NCBI RefSeq assembly: GCF_009914755.1
Contig: NC_060930.1
From: the human T2T-CHM13v2.0 reference genome, Homo sapiens
Direction: 5' to 3' (one strand)
Length of the DNA: 64,000 nt
Shown here: piece by piece, positions 1 to 16,260 of the stretch
Layout: each line of letters opens with the position of its first letter
Numbering within the stretch: the stretch's first letter is position 1
Program-made: the position numbers and the translations under genes
The notes under the pieces: model-generated
The model's database searches: none
What the model was told of the DNA's origin: nothing
The model's input: the letters and a program-made list of their open reading frames with translations, nothing else

Positions 1-31
1 GCAATATAGAAATGTTATACCTTTCCAGTGA

Positions 32-404
<373 letters not shown>

Positions 405-962
405 CTTAAAGTCTATTTTGACTGATATCAACAAAGCTACATAGCTCCTTTTTGATTGGTATTTGCTCGAATACGAATTGTTAAATGTGTATTTCTCTAA
501 ACACTGTATAGCTGAATTGGTATTATATTTTTTAAAAAATCTTAATGTTTACTCTATTTTTTAGCCAGAAAGTTTAGGCAATTTACATATATTGTGATTG
601 CTGATATATCTGCATTTGTTTTTATAATATTATTTTCTATTTGTCCTACTTTCCTATGCTTTATGTATTTTTTCTTTCTTTTTTGATTTTTAAAAATCAG
701 GCTTAGAAGTTATATACTAGTTCTTTTCTTTTAGCAGTTACCCTTGAAATCCAAAGTTAGTAGTTTAACCCCTTCAGAACAACAAAAGGAACTTATAATG
801 CAAACTCTGATTATCTCCTTCCTCATATATAGGGAGTTTTACACAGTATTTTAAACCAGCAATATTTGTTTAGATTTGCCTACATGTTTACCAATTTCTT
901 TGCTTACAATTTCTATTTTTCAGACCTTTTGCTATCTCTTTTCTTCTTTCTGAAGTATACGC

Positions 963-1262
963 TTTTTTTTTCTTTTATTTAGAGACAGGGTTGTACTTTG
1001 TCATCCAAGCTGGAGTACAGTGGTGTGATCAAGGCTCACTGCAGTCTTCAACTCCTGTGCTCTAGTGATTCTCCCGCCTCAGCCTCCTGAGTAGCTAGGA
1101 CTACAGGTATACACCACCCATTTGGCTAATTTATTTATTTATTTTTGTAGAGCTAGGGTCTCACTGTATTGTGCAGACTGGTCTTGAACTGGCCTCAAGC
1201 AATCTTCCTGGCTTGACCTCCCAAAATGCTGGGATTACAGGTGTGTGTCACCATACCCAGCC
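963..1262 (-). mobile_element. Full-length AluJ
   Basis: Diverged dimeric Alu with J-type motifs ('gctcactgcagtcttcaactcc', 'agggtctcactgtattg'); TSD TGAAGTATA(..)CTTT at 951-965 and 1263-1277. Confidence 0.93.
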
Positions 1263-1665
1263 TGAAGTATATTCTTTCAAGTTCCTTCAGTGTAAGTCTG
1301 CTGGTGGTAAACTCCCTTAGGTTTTGTACGTCTGAAGAAAATACTTCACTCTCATTTTGAAGGTTATTTTTGCTGAAAACACAATTTTAAGTCGAAAATC
1401 ATTTTCTCTCAGAACTTTGAAAATATTTCATCATCTCCTGGATTTAGTCATTGCTGTTGAGAAGTCTGCTGTCAGTCTAAGTATTGTTCCTCTGTGGATG
1501 TGGTCTGTTTTCCCTATGGCTCCTTTTAAGAGAGCTGTCTTCAGTGATTCACAGTTTTACTACGGTATAAAAAGTTGTGAAGGCCTTTTTATTTGTCTGT
1601 TTAGATACACTGCTTCCTATATCTCTGGATCAGTATTTCTCATTGAAAAATTCTGGAATGCCGGT

Positions 1666-2699
1666 GGGGAGGAGCCAAGATGGCCGAATAGGAACAGCTC
1701 CGGTCTACAGCTCCCAGCGTGAGCGATGCAGAAGATGGGTGATTTCTGCATTTCCAACTGAGGTACCGGGTTCATCTCACTGGGGAGTGCCAGATAGTAG
1801 GTGCAGGACAGTGGGTGCAGCGCACCGTGCACGAGCCAAAGCAGGGGGAGGCATCGCCTCACTCGGGAAGTGCAAGGGGTCAGGGAATTCCCTTTTGTAG
1901 TCAAAGAAAGCGGTGACAGACGGCACCTGGAAAATCAGGTCACTTCCACCCTAATACTGCGCTTTTCAAATGGGCTTAAAAAATGGCACACCAGGAGATT
2001 ATATCCCGCACGTGGCTCAGAGGGTCCTACGCCCATGGAGTCTCACTCACCGCTAGCACAGCAGTCTGAGATCAAACTGCAAGGCGGCAGCGAGGCTGGG
2101 GGAGGGGCGCCCACCACTGCCAAGTTAGTTGTTTGATTAGGTAAACAAAGCGGCAGGGAAGCTCGAACTGGGTGGAGCCCACCACAGCTCAAGGAGGCCT
2201 GCCTGCCTCTGTAGGCTCCACCTCTGGGGGCAGGGCACAGACAAACAAAAAGACAGCAGTAACCTCTGCAGACTTAAATGTCCCTCTCTGACAGCTTTGA
2301 AGAGAGTAGTGGTTCTCCCAGCACACAGCTTGAGATCTGAGAACGGGCATACTGCCTCCTTAAGTGGGTCCCTGACCCCCGAGGAGCCTAACTGGGAGGC
2401 ACCCCCCAGTAGAGGCGGGCTGACACCTCACACAGCCGGGTACTCCTCTGAGACAAAACTTCCAGAGGAACCATCAGGCAGCAGCATCTGTGGTTCACCA
2501 ATATCTGCTGTTCTGCAGCCACCGCTGCTGATACCCAGGCAAACAAGGTCTGGAGTGGACCTCTAGCAAACTCCAACAGACCTGCAGCTGAGGGTCCTGT
2601 CTGTTAGAAGGAAAACTAACAAACGGAAAGGACATCCACACCAAAAACCCATCTGTAAGTCACCATCATTAAAGACCAAAGGTAGATAAAACCACAAAG
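1666..2699 (+). promoter_or_regulatory. L1 5'UTR internal sense promoter / antisense promoter region with YY1 site
   Basis: CAAGATGGC YY1 motif at 1676-1684; CpG-rich L1 5'UTR sequence. Confidence 0.8.
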
Positions 2700-3714
2700 A
2701 TGTGAAAAAAACAGAGCAGAAAAACTGGAAACTCTAAAAATCAGAGTGCCTCTCCTCCTTCAAAGGAACACAGCTCCTCACCAGCAATGGAACAAAGCTG
2801 GATGGAGAATGACTTTGCTGAGTTGAGAGAAGAAGGCTTCAGATGATCAAACTACTCTGAGCTACAGGAGGAGCTTTGAACCAATGGCAAAGAAGTTAAA
2901 AGCTTTGAAAAAAAATTAGACGAACGGATAACTAGAATAATCAATGCAGAGAAGTCCGTAAAGGACCCGATGGAGCTGAAAACCAAGGCACGAGAGCTAC
3001 ATGTCGAATGCAGAAGCCTCAGTAGCCGATTCGATCAACTGGAAGAAAGGGTATCAGTGATGGAAGACAAAATGAATGAAATGAAGCAAGAAGAGAAGTT
3101 CAGAGAAAAAAGAATAAAAAGAAACGAACAAAGCCTTCAAGAAATATGGGACTATGTGAAAAGACCAAATGTACATCTGACTGGTATACCTGAAAGTGAC
3201 GGGGAGAATGGAACCAAGTTGGAAAACACTCTGCAGGATATTATCCAGGAGAACTTCCCCAATGTAGCAAGGCAGGCCAACATTCAGATTCAGGAAATAC
3301 AGAGAACGCCACAAAGATACTCCTCGAGAAGAGCAACTCCAAGACACGTAATTGTCAAGATTCACCAAAGTTGAAATGAAGGAAAAAATGTTAAGGGCAG
3401 CCAGAGAGAAAGGTCAGGTTACCCACAAAGGGAAGCCCAACAGACTAACAGCTGATCTCTCGGCAGAAACTCTACAAGCCAGAAGAGTGGGGACCAATAT
3501 TCAACATTCTTAAAGAAAGAATTTTCAACCCAGAATCTCATATCCAGCCAAACTAAGCTTCATAAGTGAAGGAGAAATAAAATACTTTACAGACAAGCAA
3601 ATGCTGAGAGATTTTGTCACCACCAGGCCTGCCCTAAAAGAGCTCCTGCAGGAAGCACTAAACATGGAAAGGAACAACTGGTACCAGCCACTGCAAAAAC
3701 ATACCAAATTGTAA
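2700..3714 (+). pseudogene. L1 ORF1p (RNA-binding chaperone), disrupted
   Basis: ATG at 2700 is followed directly by TGA; more stops and frameshifts (~3357, ~3485); ORF 2970-3374 reads 'RIKRNEQSLQEIWDYVKRPN...ENTLQDIIQENFPN', typical ORF1p. Confidence 0.95.
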
Positions 3715-3777
3715 AGACCATCAAGGCTAGGAAGAAACTGCATCAACTAACCAGCAAAAGAACCAGCTAACATCATA

Positions 3778-7604
<3,827 letters not shown>

Positions 7605-7883
7605 ACAATGAGAACACATGGACACAGGAAGGGGAACAACACACACCAGGGACTGTTGTGGGGTGGGGGGAGGGGGGAGGGATAGCATTAGGAGATATAC
7701 CTAATGCTAAATGACGAGTTAATGGGTGCAGCACACCAACATGGCACATGTATACGTATGTAACGAAGCTGCACGTCGTGCACATGTACCCTAAAACTTA
7801 AAGTATAATAACAGTAAAAAAAAAAACAAAGAAAACAAACAAACAAAAAACACAAAAGATAAAACTCTTCACTTAAAAAAAAA

Positions 7884-8470
7884 GAAAAATTCTGAGCCAC
7901 AATCTCTTTAAACATTGTCTCATCTCCATTCTGCATATTTTTGTTGCCTTTCACGCTCTAAATAGGCTTTAGTTAGGCTTGCTTATTCTGCCCTCCAAAC
8001 TTATTAACCTCTCTTCCTTATAGTTCCATCTCTTTGTCTGTGCTCCATTGCATGAAACTATTTTAGTTTTATTTTCCAGTTCATTAATTAGTCCATTACA
8101 AAAAAGCTTATCCACTAAATTTTTTGATAATTTTTTTTTATTACTGAAGGTTTTCTTTAGCTCTTTTTCAGAAGTGCCTGGTGATTGTGAGAGACCATTG
8201 TTGTTCACCATTCACCATTTTTGTAGTCTATATTTAAGTTAATTTTTCTTTATATAAGGTAGTCTAGTTTCTTCTTATCTGATACTTCAAACATCTAAAG
8301 CCCTTGGTGGGGAAGGAGTAATTAATATATTAACGCTAGTTTTGCTGATTTTCACTCACGGTGGTTTGTTTCCTTGTTTGATAATCTTTTTTGAAAGCTC
8401 AAGATCCCAATCTGTGAAAAAAAACTAGAAGCCTAAATTACATTTGCTTTATCTGGAATTTAGTGGTACT
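7884..8470 (-). mobile_element. Continuation of the old L1M fragment split by L1PA4
   Basis: 'gaaaaattctgagccacaatctctttaaacattgtctcatctccattct' resembles antisense L1M and joins with 1640-1655. Confidence 0.65.
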
Positions 8471-8749
8471 ACCAACCTGGGCTATTTTATCTCCCTTCTA
8501 GAATCCCAGGCTTAAACTGGGAGTTGCAGTACGGTCCCCATTTGCACCCCCACATGACCGTCACACACAAACACAAGGGATGGCCAATTCTGCCTTTTCT
8601 GGCTTGTTTACTGTTGACATATATGCACTTAGCTACTTGTATTTTTTTTCTTAGATATTTTCATTACTTCCTAGGAGTTCTAAAATGCAACAGAGATATC
8701 CTTTGGAGTACAAAGTCTGTTATACTGGCAGAAGAAGAGGTCCTCTTTA

Positions 8750-9790
8750 AAAGTTTTTAGAAAGTAGGAGAGTGACATCTGATTGTTGCTTTTGAAGAGC
8801 TTTTTCTAGATTCTCTGTAAGAATGAACTGCAGGGAGGCAGGAATGAAAGCAGAGCCAGGTAGGAGGCTAATGTAGTAGTTCAGGTGAGAAATTGAAGCA
8901 ACATGTCTGAGAGAAGTAGCAGAGGAGACAGAAAGAGGTGAAATGACTCGATATCTGATTGGGCATAAAACAGGAGGAGCTTTTGATAGTTTGGATGTGG
9001 AAGGTGAGGTACAGGATCCCTGGTTGATGGCTGGTGGTGTCATTTCATTTATTGAGATAAGAATAATTGGGAGATGGACAGTTTCCAGTGTTTGTGTAGG
9101 TTAGGGCGTGGGTAGAAATTAAGAGTTCTGTTTTGAATATGTTAAGTTTGAAATGATTATCAAACATCCAAGTGGACATGTCAAGTACCCTGTTGGGTAT
9201 CTAAGTCTGATATTTAGGGGAGAGAGCTGGGCTGAAGATATAAATTGGGGAGTTGCTGCCATAAAGGTTTGGGAGCAGAGGAGATAACAAGTGAGAGTGC
9301 AGAGAGAAAACATAGGGACAGACTGAGCCTCAGGGCACACCAATTCAGAAACTAACAGAGGAGGAGACAGCAGTGGTGATTGAGAAGGAAAAAAAAATCC
9401 ACGAGAGGAGCTGTCATGGAGGCTCAGAGAAAAGTGGGTTCCAGGAAGAAGGGAGTGATTGACTGTGCTGGAAGCTATTGAGAAGCTGAGGAAGATGCGG
9501 CAACAAGGTGGTCATTGGTAGCTTTGATCTGAACAGTTCTGGTGAAGCAGTGGTGTCAGAGACTTTAATGGAGTGTGTCAAGGATAACAGGAGATGAGTC
9601 TAGATAATACCTATAGACAAGAAGTTCGAAGTGTTTTGTGTGAAAGGGAGCAGTAAAGTGGAGTAGAAGCTAAAGGAGAATGTGACACAAGAAGTTTTTT
9701 CCTGGGGCAGTATTAAAGATTTTATATGCCAATGGGAAAGATTTAGTACAAAGGGAGAAACTGATCATGCAGGAAAGAAAGGGAATATTT
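8750..9790 (-). mobile_element. LINE-2 fragment
   Basis: 'gagttctgttttgaatatgttaagtttgaaatg...catccaagtggacatgtcaagt' is the antisense L2 core. Confidence 0.8.
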
Positions 9791-10089
9791 TCAGGGAAAA
9801 TACTCTTCAAAGATTAAGCACCCACAAGTCTTTAAGAGGTGACGTGGAACATGTGTGTGGCGTGAGCCATCATATGACCTACAAGACAGAAGGGCTAGGA
9901 CACCTATATTACATAAGGACTTGGGAGCTGAGTAATCTTTATTTGCCAAGTTCTCATGAGGTCTACTCCACCCTAGCTTCAAATTTACCCATGTCACAAC
10001 GGCTAGTGGTAGAAGCTAAAGAATATATCTGATAATTATGATCTGAAAGTTGTTTGGGTAGTTATAAAAGTAGGTGATTAACTCAATAT

Positions 10090-10530
10090 ACAGCTAAAGA
10101 GGTCTTAGAGGACTTCTAGTTTGGTCTCGTATCCACTTTAGGCAACTGAATCCTAAAGGTCTTAGAATGGACACCTCACTATCCCTTGGGAATTACTTCT
10201 AGGATGCTGTCACAATGCCACGTATTTAGCACAAATAGCAATTTCCTCTTGTTTTGTGATTAATGGTCATAGGATACAGCTGAACTGTAATTTTCTTCAC
10301 CCAAAGACCTTTATGTATTTGAAATTAGAAATTAACTTTACTTTTTCTTCTCTAAGCCAAACAACCTCTTTCTCTTGATTTTCCTTTACAGATCTTATCT
10401 TGTATCATTTGGCTAATCTTGCCTCTTTCCCTTCTCTCCAACTGTTTTTTTTTTTTCCCTAAAGTGTAGTGACCAGCAATTGACAAACTACTCAAACAAA
10501 GTCTGAATAATCCTGAGAGCAGTGTGGGTA
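10090..10530 (-). mobile_element. L3/CR1-like fragment
   Basis: 'cttctctaagccaaacaacctc', 'aaagtgtagtgaccagcaattgacaaactactc' resemble antisense CR1/L3. Confidence 0.5.
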
Positions 10531-10567
10531 TTTCAACACGTCTCCTTTAGACAGATGAAAGGCTGAC

Positions 10568-10647
10568 CTGGCTCTGCCAAGACTTGAACACATTCCAGTT
10601 CCTGCTGATCTGAGAAGTCTCTTCCACTTGCGTTTTTCTTCTTTTAC
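10568..10647 (-). other. Candidate 80-nt internal exon
   Basis: Minus strand: ~60-nt AG-free, T-rich tract ending ttgcCAG|G; donor CAG|GTCAGC; purine-rich body, two of three frames open. Confidence 0.35.
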
Positions 10648-11299
10648 CTGGCAATTTGAATAAAATGAAAATACAACCAGATGTATAGGGAAAAGAGTTT
10701 TTAGTGTACCTATTCTTTAAAATCAGCTTGAGCTTTATGTAAAAGTCAAAATGTGCACATACCAATTCCTTCTAAAATGTAACAAATATCTGAATATACC
10801 AATAAAATGTTTTGTCTCTCAACTGCATATTCCACAAAGTATTTCTTAAAATCCAAAAGCAAGTATTCAGATGAGGTAATTAATTAAGTGAAGTGTTGGG
10901 TTTGGAAAGCCTTCTACTATTTTGAGGCTAATGATGGTTGAGAAACTCCTATGGGGGTGTGTGTGTGACAGAGATTCTGCCTGCTAATTACTTCCCAAGA
11001 AAAATCTAAGCATCCAACAATCATTCTAATTTTTCCTAAGAAGCATGAAATATCACATCACATTACATTATGTTATGCCAAGTAACAGGATGTTCTTGGG
11101 GTAAACATGACAAAACAATACAGCTGGAAAAAACAAATTGAAAGGCCAAATGATGTGCATATAATTTTGGGTAGGTAGTGCTATAAAAAGAAAGAAAAAG
11201 GTGCACACTGATAATAAGACTTAGAGGTGACTTACAGGTTTTGATACCCACAGGTGATTTTAGGAAGGCAGCTTTGTTTTAACCATAAGATTAATGCCA

Positions 11300-11470
11300 T
11301 AAGCTTTGGCTCTTTTACTTATATTTGTTTCACTCTGAACAAGCATTGGAGCCCTTTTGAACTTCAATTTTTTCCTCTGTAAAATGGGAATACTACTACC
11401 CACCCTACCTCTTTCATATGGCTGTTGTGAGATTCTAATGCCTGGCATATTTAGGTGTTTTATAAATGTC
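11300..11470 (+). mobile_element. MIR
   Basis: 'ttcctctgtaaaatgggaatactactacc...ggctgttgtgagatt' MIR core. Confidence 0.75.
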
Positions 11471-11709
11471 TAATTGGATACCGATAGATATCTGAACTGG
11501 ATTTAATATTCTGTATGTCACAGATTCCAGTCTGTACATTTTTTCATCTAATGATATTTCAGAAATAAGGATATATCTTATAGTTGGTGGCTTATATTTT
11601 AATTAACTCTTTCTTTCTTGGTGGTACATAATATATTTAAACCAATGGCCTCTTAGAAATATGGCAAATGAAAGAGTTGGGAAATGGCAAAAGTGCTATG
11701 CAAATATCA

Positions 11710-12660
11710 GTTATTTATTCATAAAACGAAATTTTACCAAAAGTCTCCCTTATGCAAGGCATTCAGAAGAAAATGAAAATGAATAAGATTGGGTCCTTAA
11801 TCTCCAGAAGAGTGCAATGCACGAAGTGGATGACTCAGGATAACTCAAATGCTAAACAGAATGTGATATGTGCCATTTGAGTAGCATTCACAACTTGGCA
11901 CCTTGTGAATGCAGAAGAGGAAATAACTTTCAGTAGGGTCAACCAAGGAAGCAGCATGGAGGGGGTGGCACCTGGCCTGGCCTTGACAGATGCGTAGTAT
12001 CTCAACAGGCACATATGGGAAGGGGAGATACCCTACGCAGAAAGGACAAGTGAGGCATGGACATAGGATGCACAGCAAATATTCTGAGGAATATGGTCCA
12101 GACAAGAAGCGGTCCAGACAAGAAGGAGCATGGGGACCATGATGGGCTGCTTGCTCTAGGATATTAGAGATCTGGGCTCAATTTGGTGAATGGGTTAGGC
12201 TCCTGAGCAAGGAGCAGCCTGATGAAAGTGGGGCATTAGGAGCCTGTACAGGGGGACCAGTTAAGAAGAGGCTGGAAGCAGGGGCATCCTAAAGCAGGCC
12301 TTGTGCAGGCTTGAAAAGTCCAGCTAATAAGTGGGTAGTAGGGGTAGACAGGAAATAACAAATGGATGGTAGAGCCATAGTTAAACGCTAAAGATCCTTA
12401 ATGAGAATCCTAGAGAGAAAGCCCATTCCACAAATGGATAGAAAGGATGCACTGAATTGATGTTTGACTGTGTGCTCCTTGAGGATGGGAACTGCATGCT
12501 TTGTACATCATTGTATCCCAGCACCTGGTACATGGTACTTACACAATAACTATTTAATATACTCCCTTCCTCCAAAAATTCCATTTATATTTTTAATTCA
12601 ATTCAGCAAGCATGTACCTATCACGTGCTTGATGCTGGACACTGGGGTCGGGAAGAATGG
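11710..12660. mobile_element. L2 fragments (minus 11710-12330 and 12595-12660; plus 3' end 12460-12560)
   Basis: L2 3'-end motif 'gactgtgtgctccttgaggatgggaact...gtatcccagcacctgg' and antisense L2-like purine-rich stretches. Confidence 0.55.
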
Positions 12661-12665
12661 GCTGA

Positions 12666-13443
12666 TGTGGTGGACTGTTTTTCAAATGGCTGCAAGAATT
12701 CCTTCCTTACAGAGTCTTGGGTGGTCCCTCCAAAGCTGACTCGGGGCTTAGCCATAGGACTTGCTTTTACCAAAGGCATAACAGAAAACGTAAGGTAAGC
12801 AGAAACTTGGAGAAAAAAAAAAAAGCCTATACATTGATAAACTAACGAGTTCCAGTCTGGACAGGTTGAATATGAAATCCTTGAGGCATGTCCAGCAGGC
12901 AGTTTGGTGTAAAGCAGTAGGTCCTGCTGCCACCCCACCCCCTGCCGCCCCCACTTTTTTTTTTTTTTTTTTTTTTTTTTACCCCTGAGGGCATCATATA
13001 AAGAATTCCAGGCTAGCCTCCTGGAGGATGAGAGAACATGTGGAACAGAGATGAGTCATCCCAGGGGAGGCCTCCCCAGACCAACCATCCTAGAATGGGG
13101 GGTAACAACCTTTTTCTTAAAGGACCAGCAGGAAATACTTTAGGCCTGTGGGCCATATGATCATCTCCATTCCAAATACTCAGCTCTGCTGTTGTAGTGC
13201 AGAAGCAGCCATAGACGATATGGGAGTGGCTGTGTTCCAATAAAACCCTATTTATAAAAACAGGTGGCAGGCCTGTGGGCTATGGTTCGCCTACCTCTAT
13301 CCCAGATTATTCAGCCCCAGTCGAGCCAGTCCAAACTAGAAGAACTGCCCAGCCAACTCACAGAATCGTGAGAAATAGTAAATGCTTGTTGTTTTAAGCC
13401 ACTAAATTTGGAAGTGTTGTTACACAGCTAATGCTAACTGATG
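12666..13443 (+). mobile_element. MLT1 (MaLR, MLT1G/H-like) solo LTR, interrupted
   Basis: Begins TGTGG; 'ccaggctagcctcctggaggatgagag'; ends 'tgttgttttaagccactaaatttggaagtgttgttacacagctaatgctaactga'. Confidence 0.8.
13096..13299 (+). mobile_element. MER58A (hAT-Charlie MITE) nested in MLT1
   Basis: 'ctcagctctgctgttgtagtgcagaagcagccatagac...gtggctgtgttccaataaaac'; degenerate 8-bp TSD TCCTAGAA/TCCCAGAT. Confidence 0.85.
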
Positions 13444-14504
13444 AAAATGGTATAAAACACATAAAGCATACACCCTGTTTCAAGGCACTTAAAATCCACC
13501 TGTGGAAGCACGACACGTGTGGGAAACATTTAAATAACCATAGAAGGCAGTATGTGACTAAATGTCAAAATGAATGATGCAGGAGAATTAGAATTATAAG
13601 GATTTATAAAAGGGAAAAATCAGTTTGGACACACAAAAAACTTGGGCAGCATTTCATAAAGAATGGGTAGAATATGACAGTTCCCTAAAGATTCCTGTTT
13701 CCTTTTCACTGCCCTTCTTTATGCTGCCTACTTTTATGTCTATGTACCCCAGCAGACTGGGAGCCTCCTGAGGGAAGGTCTTATTTTCTATTTTCTAGGT
13801 TCCCAGAGTCCAGTGCAGTGCTTGGTTCACAGCCAGGCTCAGTATGTACTTACTGAAGAAACCAATAAGTCCACAGGTGGAGAGGAGAAAGAGCATCTAT
13901 GTGGAAAAACCAAACCTCATGATCAAAGAACACTGCACAGGAATTCACGTGGTGCATTCAAGAGAGGTGACCAGTGGCTCAGGGAGAAGAATGAGATTGG
14001 GGTAAGTAGAAGCTATAGCTGGCCATGTGACTCTGGGTCATGGGGTGGGGGTGATGAGGCAAAATGAAGGACACTGACTTTCAGGGATTTGAAGCTATAT
14101 GTTACTGGAATATGTGACCTAGCTGACATTTATGAAGATAAGTTTGGTGGCAGACGGTAGGGTGGATTCCAGGCAAGGAGAATAGTTAGGACAATTTACT
14201 AATCCAGGAACGAGGGAGCAACTAGCCTGGGAGATGGTGGGAATATCAAGGTGTCAGCTCCTGATAAACACCAAATAGAGCTGATCATGTGCTTCAGCAT
14301 AAACTACAAAAGAAAAGAGAGACATCTCAGGCATTCCTTCATGCCACCTTTACTGAGTACAAGGTATTATTAAGTCATGTGTTCTGAGCCCATGAAGACA
14401 CTAAGTAGATCTATGTTACATTTGGAACCAAGATACATAAGGTCAAGGCCACCACTATACTCATGGAGAAGCACAAGACAACCAGGAACTGTGAGTGAGG
14501 CAAC

Positions 14505-14715
14505 TGCTAGAATGGGCAGGGCACAAGGTTTGCAGTGACACACACAGCCTTAGAGCCGGGCTCCATTCTTATTAGCTGTGCGATGTTGGACAGACCATGA
14601 ACACCACTGATGATGGTATTCATCTTGCAGGCTGGTTGAGAATTATAGAAAGGATGGGTGACGTGCATAGCACAGTCCCTGAATAGAGCAGGCACTCGTA
14701 TGATTCACAATTACA
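14505..14715 (+). mobile_element. MIR
   Basis: 'ctccattcttattagctgtgcgatgttggacag...catagcacagtccctgaatagagcaggcactc'. Confidence 0.6.
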
Positions 14716-14729
14716 ATAAAAGCAACATG

Positions 14730-15700
14730 TAATAGGGAACACATGAATGGTATAATCTGAGTGCTGTAATAGGGCAGAGAAAGAAAAATCACTTTTGGCT
14801 GGGACAGTCACTTTGGATTTGAGAGTGAGAATAGCATGTGGTCTGGTGGCAAAAAATGAGGACGATTTTGACAAGTAGGGGAAGGGGAAGGTCGTTCCAG
14901 GAAAAGAAAACGTTCTGTGGAAGGGAACAGAGATAAAAGACGGAGCCCCTCCTGTGGAGTGTGGTGGAATTTAGTTTGGCTGTTGCAAGGTGGAAGGTGA
15001 GGCTGGGAAGCAGGTTAGGGTCAGACAGCAGAGTGGCTTGAATGCCAGGAAGGGGAGCTGGGATGTTACGCAGTAAGTAGTGAGGTGCTGCTGAAGGATC
15101 CTGAGTGGGCCAGTGACACGATCAAACCCCAGGTGGCACTGTGAGTGGTGTGGAGGCAGGAGACACTCATGCAAGGAGGGCAGGAACAAGGTGAGGCATG
15201 CCCCTTCCAGGGATTGGCCACAGCAACGGCAGGAGAGGGCATGTGAGAGAGGATGCAGAGGACGAGCTGGCCACATTGGGAAACAGTGAAGGTCGGGAAG
15301 GAGAGGGTGGAGGTGAAGTTCACTATGAAATGAGAACATAGACTGACTGGTTGACTCATTGGTTCATTCAGTTAAGCTGCCATTGAGCTTTGTTTGTTAT
15401 GTGCTCAACACTTCTAAATGGTGGTAATCGGCTGTGCACAAGACATGGTTGCTTCTCCCCAGGCCAGGGAGTGTCACCAAACACACACGTTCTTTCTAAA
15501 AGACTATGCATGCAGTGTGGTCACAGTGTATTTATCATTGTAGCTAGTCCCCAGAGTATACCACAGGACTTGACATATACTAGATGCTCAATGTTTATTA
15601 AACTCATTCATTCACTCAACAAATATTTATTAAGCACCCATTCCATGTTGGGCATAGTTCTAGGCAATGGGGATATATCAGTGAATATAACAAATATTTC
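14730..15700. mobile_element. L2 fragments (mostly antisense)
   Basis: 'cattcattcactcaacaaatatttattaagcacc...ctaggcaatggggatata' L2 3' end and purine-rich L2 body. Confidence 0.6.
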
Positions 15701-16069
15701 TGAGGTTCCTTGAGATCTCTGTGCATTCAGTTTACACCCAAAGCATAAACAAAATCACTGCACTTATTCTAATTATGTTGTAGAATTGAAGTCAGCATTT
15801 CTTTGTATTTTTTCCTCCAGAGTTAAAAGATACTTATTGTGAAAGTATCAAACATCCCATTATGGAATTAAGTTCAGAGCTTTTAAAAAATTGTGGTATT
15901 GATTTTGAGATTGAAATTAAACATGACATGGTACAGAATATATTCACTCAAGCAACCATTTAGGAAGACCTAATTTGTAAGCTCATCTCAGGCACCACTG
16001 AGTACAGTAGTGATGAATCAGAAAATCCCTGTCCTCAAAGGTCTTTATATTTTACAATAAAAGTCCTTA

Positions 16070-16260
16070 CATAGTTAGCACCTTGGTTTTCAAAGTGCTT
16101 TTGCATATGTCTCTTCTCATGTGAATGTCAGGACAATGCGGGGGTGTACACAAGGCAAGCATTTCTCTTCCTGTACCTCCCATGGAGACGCTGAGGCCCA
16201 GGGCTGCTGGTGAGTCATAAGCTGACCCAAGAGTCAAGAGCCATGCTCTTTCCAGTAGTC
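16070..16260 (-). mobile_element. MIR
   Basis: 'ttttcaaagtgcttttgcatatg...gagacgctgaggcccag'. Confidence 0.55.

Noticed and set aside
1900-2117. Intact L1 ORF0 on the antisense strand
   Set aside because: Start codon reads GTG (2117-2115) and there is an in-frame TGA after ASGE
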